Shown: positions 56,160 to 64,000 of the stretch, piece after piece
Layout: each line of letters starts with the position of its first letter
How positions within the stretch are numbered: position 1 is the first letter of the stretch
Assembly (NCBI GenBank): GCA_964016885.1
Contig: OZ024740.1
Location: 436,790,001-436,854,000 of the forward strand
DNA length: 64,000 nt
Direction: 5' to 3'
Source: Eledone cirrhosa
Taxonomy: Eukaryota
Made by a program: the position numbers and the translations under genes
The notes under the pieces: model-generated
What the model was told of the DNA's origin: nothing
The model's input: only the letters and a program-made list of their open reading frames with translations
The model's database searches: none

Positions 56160-59100
56160 TTTCTGTAATAACCCCTCACTGTTCACTACATGTCAAGCTA
56201 TTTCTGTAATAACCCCTCACTGTTCACTACATGTCAAGCTATTTCTGTAATAACCCCTCACTGTTCACTACATGTCAAGCTATTTCTGTGATAATCCCTC
56301 GCTGTTCACTACATGTCAAGCTATTTCTGTAATAACCCGTCACTGTTCACTACATGTCAAGCTATTTCTGTGATTACCCCTCTCTGTTCACTACATGTCA
56401 AGCTATTTCCGGTGATTACCCCTCACTGTTCTCTACATGTCAAGATATTTATGTGATAACCCCTCACTGTTCACTACATGTCGAGCTATTTCTGTGATAA
56501 CCCCTCACTCTTCACTACATGTCAAGCTATTTCTGTGATAACCCCTCACTGTTCATTACATGTAAAGCTATTTCTGTGATAACCTCAAACTGTTCACTAC
56601 ATGTCAAGCTATTTCTGTGATAACCTCTCACTGTTCACTACATGTCAAGCTATTTGTGTGATAACCCTCACTGTTCACTACATGTCAAGCTATTTCTGTG
56701 ATAATCCCTCACAGTTCACTACATGTCAAACTATTTCTGTGAAAACCTCTCACTGTTCACTACATGTCAAGCTATTTCTGTGATAACCTCTCACTGTTCA
56801 CTACATGTCAAGCTATTTCTGTGATAACCCGTGACTGTTCACTACATGTCAAGCTATTTCTGTGATAATCCCTCACTGTTCATTACATATCAAGCTATTT
56901 CTGTGATAACCCCTCCCTGTTCACTACATGTCAAGCTATTTCTGTGATAACGCCTCACTGTTCACTATATGTCAAGCTATTTCTGTGATAACCCCTCATT
57001 GTTCACTACATGTCAAGCTATTTCTGTGATAACCTTTCACAGTTCTCTACATGTCAAGCTATTTGTGTGATAACCTCTCACTGGTCACTACATGTAAAGC
57101 TATTTCTGTGATAACCTCTCACTGTTCACTACATGTCAAGCTATTTCTGTGATAATCCCTCACTGTTCACTATATGTCAAGCTATTTCTGTGATAACCCC
57201 TCACTGTTCACTACATGTCAAACTATTTCTGTGATAATCCATCACTGTTCACTACATGTCAAGCTATTTCCGGTGATTACCCCTCACTGTTCACTATATG
57301 TCAAGCTATTTCTGTGATTACCTTTCACTGTTCACTACATGTCAAGCTATTTCTGTGATAACCTCTCACTGGTCACTACATGTAAAGCTATTTCTGTGAT
57401 AACCTCTCACTGTTCACTACATGTCAAGATATTTCTGTGATAACCCCTCACTGTTCACTATATGTCAAGCTATTTCTGTGATAACCTCTCACTGTTCACT
57501 ACATGTCAAGCTACTTCCGGTGATTACCCCTCACTGTTCACTATATGTCAAGCTATTTCTGTGATTACCCCCCTCACTGTTCACTACATGTCAAGCTATT
57601 TCTGAGATAACCTCTCACTGTTCACTACATGTCAAGCTATTTCTGTGATAATCCCTCACTGTTCACTACATGTCAAGCTATTTCTGTGAAAACCCCTCAC
57701 TGTTCACTACATGTCAAGCTATTTCTGTGATAACCTCTCACTGTTCACTACATTTCAAGCTATTTGTGTGATAACCTCTCACTGTTCACTACATGTCAAG
57801 CTATTTCTGTGATAACCCCTGACTGTTTACTACATGTCAAGCTATTTCTGTGATAACCCCTCACTGTTCACTACATGTCAACTATTTCTGTGATAATCCC
57901 TCACTGTTCACTACATGTCAAGCTATTTCCGGTGATTACCCCTCACTGTTCACTACATGTCAAGCTATTTCTGGTGATTACCCCTCACTGTTCACTACAT
58001 GTCAAGCTATTTCTGTAATAACCCCTCACTGTTCACTACATGTCAAGCTATTTCTGTAATAACCCCTCACTGTTCACTACATGTCAAGCTATTTCTGTGA
58101 TAATCCCTCACTGTTCACTACATGTCAAGCTATTTCTGTAATAACCCGTCACTGTTCACTACATGTCAAGCTATTTCTGTGATTACCCCTCTCTGTTCAC
58201 TACATGTCAAGCTATTTCCGGTGATTACCCCTCACTGTTCTCTACATGTCAAGATATTTATGTGATAACCCCTCACTGTTCACTACATGTCGAGCTATTT
58301 CTGTGATAACCCCTCACTCTTCACTACATGTCAAGCTATTTCTGTGATAACCCCTCACTGTTCATTACATGTAAAGCTATTTCTGTGATAACCTCAAACT
58401 GTTCACTACATGTCAAGCTATTTCTGTGATAACCTCTCACTGTTCACTACATGTCAAGCTATTTCTGTGATAACCCTCACTGTTCACTACATGTCAAGCT
58501 ATTTCTGTGATAATCCCTCACAGTTCACTACATGTCAAACTATTTCTGTGAAAACCCCTCACTGTTCACTACATGTCAAGCTATTTCTGTGATAACCTCT
58601 CACTGTTCACTACATGTCAAGCTATTTGTGTGATAACCTCTCACTGTTCACTACATGTCAAGCTATTTCTGTGATAACCCGTGACTGTTCACTACATGTC
58701 AAGCTATTTCTGTGATAATCCCTCACTGTTCATTACATATCAAGCTATTTCTGTGATAACCCCTCCCTGTTCACTACATGTCAAGCTATTTCTGTGATAA
58801 CGCCTCACTGTTCACTATATGTCAAGCTATTTCTGTGATAACCCCTCATTGTTCACTACATGTCAAGCTATTTCTGTGATAACCTTTCACAGTTCTCTAC
58901 ATGTCAAGCTATTTGTGTGATAACCCCTCACTGTTCACTACATGTCAAACTATTTCTGTGATAATCCATCACTGTTCACTACATGTCAAGCTATTTCCGG
59001 TGATTACCCCTCACTGTTCACTATATGTCAAGCTATTTCTGTGATTACCTTTCACTGTTCACTACATGTCAAGCTATTTCTGTGATAACCTCTCACTGGT

Positions 59101-59730
59101 CACTACATGTAAAGCTATTTCTGTGATAACCTCTCACTGTTCACTACATGTCAAGATATTTCTGTGATAACCCCTCACTGTTCACTATATGTCAAGCTAT
59201 TTCTGTGATAACCTCTCAGTGTTCACTACATGTCAAGCTACTTCCGGTGATTACCCCTCACTGTTCACTACCTGTCAAGCTATTTCTGTGATTACCACCC
59301 TCACTGTTCACTACATGTCAAGCTATTTCTGAGATAACCTCTCACTGTTCACTACATGTCAAGCTATTTCTGTGATAATCCCTCACTGTTCACTACATGT
59401 CAAGCTATTTCTGTGAAAACCCCTCACTGTTCACTACATGTCAAGCTATTTCTGTGATAACCTCTCACTGTTCACTACATTTCAAGCTATTTGTGTGATA
59501 ACCTCTCACTGTTCACTACATGTCAAGCTATTTCTGTGATAACCCCTGACTGTTTACTACATGTCAAGCTATTTCTGTGATAACCCCTCACTGTTCACTA
59601 CATGTCAACTATTTCTGTGATAATCCCTCACTGTTCACTACATGTCAAGCTATTTCCGGTGATTACCCCTCACTGTTCACTACATGTCAAGCTATTTCTG
59701 GTGATTACCCCTCACTGTTCACTATATGTC
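56160..59730. repeat. Tandem duplication, unit ~1.73-1.81 kb (42-44 monomers)
   Basis: AATAACCCGT at 56331/58140 and ORFs 56601/58410 (+1809). ORFs 57850/59577 (+1727). Both copies share the CCTCAAACTG and TCGAGCT variants. Confidence 0.88.
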
Positions 59731-62700
59731 AAGCTATTTCTGTGATTACCTTTCACTGTTCACTACATGTCAAGCTATTTCTGTGATAATCTCTCACTGG
59801 TCACTACATACCAAGCTATTTCTGTGAATAACACTCACTGTTCACTATATGTCAAGCTATTTCTGTGATAACCTCTCACTGTTAACTACATGTCAAGCTA
59901 TTTCTGTGATAACCTCTTACTGTTCGCTACATGTCAAGCTATTTCTGTGATAACCCCTCACTGTTCACTACATGTCAAGCTGTTTCTGTGATAACCCCTC
60001 ACTGTTCACTACATGTCAAACTATTTCTGTGATAATCCCTCAATGTTCATTACATGTCAAGCAATTCCTGTGATAACCTCTCACAGTTCACTACATGTCA
60101 AGCTCTTTCTGTGATAACCTGTCACTGTTCACTACATGTCAAGCTATTTCTGTGATAACCTCTCACTGTTCACTATATGTCAAGCTATTTCTGTGATAAT
60201 CCCTCACTGTTCACTACATACCAAGCTATTTCTGTGAATACGCCTCACTTTTTATTACATGTCACGCTATTTCTGTGATAACCCCTCACTTTTCACTACA
60301 TGTCAAGCTATTTCTGTGATAACCTTTCACTGTTCACTACATGTCAAGCTATTTCTGTGATAACCTCTCACTGTTCACTACATGTCAAGCTATTTCTGTG
60401 ATAAGCCCTCACTGTTCACTACATGTCAAGCTATTTCTGTGATAACCCCTCATTGTTCACTGCATGTCAAGCTATTTCTGTGATAACGCTTCACTGTTCA
60501 CTATATGTCAAGATATTTCTGTGATAACCCCTCACTGTTCACTGCATGTCAAGCTATTTCTGTGATAACCCCTCACTGTTCACTACATGTCACGCTATTT
60601 CTGTGATAACCTGTCACTGTTCACTACATGTCAAGCTATTTCTGTGATAACCTCTCACTGTTCACTACATGTCAAGCTATTTCTGTGATAACCCCTCACT
60701 GTTCACTACATGTCAAGCTGTTTCTGTGATAATCTCTCACTGTTCACTACATGTCAAGCTATTTCTGTGATAACCCCTCACTGTTCACTACATGTCAAGC
60801 TATTTCTGTGATAACCCCTCACTGTTCACTACATGTCAAGCTATTTCTGTGATAAACCCTCACTGTTCACTACATGTCAAGCTATTTCTGTGATAACCTT
60901 TCACTGTTCACTACATGTCAAGCTATTTCTGTGATAAGCCCTCACTGTTCACTACATGTCTAGCTATTTCTGTGATGACCCCTCATTGTTCACTACATGT
61001 CAGCTATTTCTGTGATAACCTGTCACTGTTCACTACATGTCAAGCTATTTCCGGTGATTACCCCTCACTGTTCACTATATGTCAAGCTATTTCTGTGATA
61101 ACCTCTCACTCTTAACTACATGTCAAGCTATTTCTGTGATAACCTCTTACTGTTCGCTGCATGTCAAGCTATTTCTGTGAAAACCCCTCACTGTTCACTA
61201 CATTACAAGCTGTTTCTGTGATAAGCCCTCACTGTTCACTACATGTCAAACTATTTCTGTGATAACCTCTCACTGGTCACTACATGTAAAGCTATTTCTG
61301 TGATAACCTCTCACTGATCACTACATGTAAAGCTATTTCTGTGATAACCCCTCACTGTTCACTACATGTCAAACTATTTCTGTGATAATCCCTCAATGTT
61401 CATTACATGTCAAGCAATTCCTGTGATAACCTCTCACTGGTCACTACATGTAAAGCTATTTCTGTGATAACCTCTCACTGATCACTACATGTCAAGCTAT
61501 TTCTCTGATAACTCCTCACTGTTCACTACATGTCAAGCTGTTTCTGTGATAACCCCTCACTGTTCACTACATGTCAAACTATTTCTGTGATAAACCATCA
61601 CTGTTCACTACATGTCAAGCTATTTCCGGTGATTACCCCTCACTGTTCACTATATGTCAAGCTATTTCTGTGATAACCCCTCACTGTTCATTACATGTCA
61701 AGCCATTTCTGTGATAACCTCTCACTGTTCACTACATGTCAAGCTAGTTCTGTGATAATCCCTCACTGTTCACTACATGTCAAGCTATTTCTGTGAAAAC
61801 CCCTCACTGTTCACTACATGTCAAGCTATTTCTGTGATAACCCCTCACTGTTCACTACATGTCAAGCTATTTCTGTGATAAACTTTCACTGTTCACTACA
61901 TGTCAAGCTATTTCTGTGATAACCTCTCACTGTTCACTACATGTCAAGCTATTTCTGTGATAATCCCTCACTGTTCACTACATGTCAAGCTATTTCTGTG
62001 AAAACACCTCACCGTTCACTACATGTCAAGCTATTTCTGTGATAACCCCTCACTGTTCACTACATGTCAAGCTATTTCTCCGCTAATCCCTCACTGTTCA
62101 CTATATGTCAAGCTATTTCTGTGATAATCCCTCAATGCTCACTACATGTCAAGCTATTTCTGTGATAACCCCTCACTGTTCTCTACATGTCAAGATATTT
62201 ATGTGATAACCCCTCACTGTTCACTACATGTCGAGCTATTTCTGTGATAACCCCTCACTCTTCACTACATGTAAAGCTATTTCTGTGATAACCTCTCACT
62301 GTTCACTACATGTCAAGCTATTTCTGTGATAACCCTCACTGTTCACTACATGTCAAGCTATTTCTGTAATAACCCCTCACTGTTCACTACATGTCAAGCT
62401 ATATCTGTGATAACCCCTCACTGTTCACTACATGTCAAGCTATTTCTGTGATAACCTTTCACTGTTCACTACATGTCAAGCTATTTCTCTGATAACCTCT
62501 CACTGTTCACTACATGTCAAGCTATTTCTGTGATAAGCCCTCACTGTTCACTACATGTCTAGCTATTTCTGTGATAACCCCTCATTGTTCACTACATGTC
62601 AAGCTATTTCTGTGATTACCCCTCACTGTTCACTACATGTCAAGCTATTTCCGGTGATTACCCCTCACTGTTCACTATATGTCAAACTATTTCTGTGATT

Positions 62701-64000
62701 ACCCCTCACTGTTCACTACATGTCAAGCTATTTCTGTGATAACCTCTCACTGTTCACTACATGTCAAGCTATTTCTGTGATAATCCATCACTGTTCACTA
62801 CATGTCAAGCTATTTCCGGTGATTACCCCTCACTGTTCACTATATGTCAAGCTATTTCTGTGATTACCCCTCACTGTTCACTACATGTCAAGCTATTTCT
62901 GTGATAACCCCTCCCTGTTCACTACATGTCAAGCTATTTCTGTGATAACGCCTCACTGTTCACTATATGTCAAGCTATTTCTGTGATAACCCCTCATTGT
63001 TCACTACATGTCAAGCTATTTCTGTGTTAACCTTTCACAGTTCTCTACATGTCAAGCTATTTGTGTGATAACCTCTCACTGGTCACTACATGTAAAGCTA
63101 TTTCTGTGATAACCTCTCACTGTTCACTACATGTCAAGCTATTTCTGTGATAACCCCTCACTGTTCACTATATGTCAAGCTATTTCTGTGATAACCTCTC
63201 ACTGTTCACTACATGTCAAGCTATTTCTGTGATAACCCCTCACTGTTCACTATATGGCAAGCTATTTCTGTGATTACCCCTCACTGTTCACTACATGCCA
63301 AGCTATTTCTGTGATAACCTCTCACTGTTCACTACATGTCAAGCTATTTCTGTGATAACCCGTGACTGTTCACTACATGTCAAGCTATTTGGGTGATAAT
63401 CCCTCACTGTTCATTACATATCAAGCTATTTCTGTGATAACCCCTCACTGTTCACTACATGTCAAGCTATTTCTGTGATAACGCCTCACTGTTCACTATA
63501 TGTCAAGCTATTTCTGTGATAACCCCTCATTGTTCACTACATGTCAAGCTATTTCTGTGATAACCTTTCACTGTTCTCTACATGTCAAGCTATTTGTGTG
63601 ATAACCTCTCACTGTTCACTACATGTCAAGCTATTTCTGTGATAACCCCTCACTGTTCACTACATGTCAAGCTATTTCTGTGATAACCCCTCATTGTTCA
63701 CTACATGTCAAGCTATTTCTGTAATTACGCCTCACTGTTCACTACATGTCAAGCTATTTCTGTGATAACCCCTCACTGTTCTCTACATGTCAAGCTATTT
63801 CTGTAATAACCCCTCACTGTTCACTACATGTCAAGCTATTTCTGTAATAACCACTCACTGTTCACTATATGTCAAGCTATTTATATGATAACCCCTCACT
63901 GTTCTCTACATGTCAAGCTATTTCTGTAATAACCCCTCACTGTTCACTACAGGTCAAGCTATTTCTGTGATAAACACTCACTGTTCACTACATGTCAAGC

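Larger units (their letters stand above)
1..64000. repeat. 41-bp tandem satellite DNA array (~1,550-1,560 monomers, single orientation, continues beyond both window edges)
   Basis: Consensus CACTGTTCACTACATGTCAAGCTATTTCTGTGATAACCCCT recurs at 41-bp intervals (ACATG/ATATG starts at 47, 88, 129, 170). Most monomers differ from consensus by 0-3 substitutions. Length variants of 38, 40, 42 and 43 bp occur. No non-repeat sequence was seen. Confidence 0.99.

Noticed and set aside
3169-61115. All 32 listed ORFs (60-102 aa, e.g. MSSYFCDNPSLFTTCQAISVITPHCSLHVKLFL)
   Set aside because: 41 is not a multiple of 3, so translation cycles through all frames and meets TGA-TAA every 123 bp. Longer ORFs arise only where an indel or a point variant skips this stop pair. 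Nothing indicates frame preservation.
1-64000. CRISPR array
   Set aside because: There are no unique spacers. The variable segment is only ~7 nt and consists of point variants of a single sequence. No cas genes are present.
1-64000. p53 response elements (CATG and CAAG cores)
   Set aside because: The two CWWG cores are 1 bp apart rather than 6, and the RRR/YYY flanks match poorly.
1-64000. Bacterial CRP-like site or plasmid iterons (TGTGA...TCAC)
   Set aside because: The spacer is 7 nt rather than 6, and a gene-free 64-kb array does not fit a prokaryotic regulatory or replication context.
1-64000. Assignment to avian 41-bp repeats (CNM, PO41) or to a telomeric repeat
   Set aside because: Only the unit length is shared. 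I recognise no sequence similarity or internal sub-repeat, and TAACCCC occurs once per monomer rather than as a TTAGGG-type tract. A database search is needed for any family name.

Overview
The whole 64-kb window is one uninterrupted, head-to-tail tandem satellite array of about 1,550-1,560 monomers. The consensus is the 41-bp CACTGTTCACTACATGTCAAGCTATTTCTGTGATAACCCCT (17/41 G+C, 26/41 pyrimidine on the + strand, no CpG). I saw no inversion, transposon insertion, gene, RNA gene or unique sequence. All ORFs in the track are artefacts of translating the repeat. The information lies in how monomer variants are ordered. There are two very recent, near-identical tandem block duplications (about 5.79 kb = 141 monomers at ~1464-13087, and about 11.8 kb = ~287/288 monomers at ~26198-49889). 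There are also nested smaller duplications of 2-60 monomers and a set of ordered variant 'phrases' reused across the array. Within the monomer, variation is concentrated in the 7-nt spacer of a GTGA-N7-TCAC dyad, and the monomer resembles a 12-bp-spacer recombination signal (one copy has a perfect heptamer). I cannot name the satellite family or the organism. A eukaryotic heterochromatic or (peri)centromeric origin is inferred only from the architecture. Coordinates of duplication edges were read by eye from diagnostic variants and are approximate.
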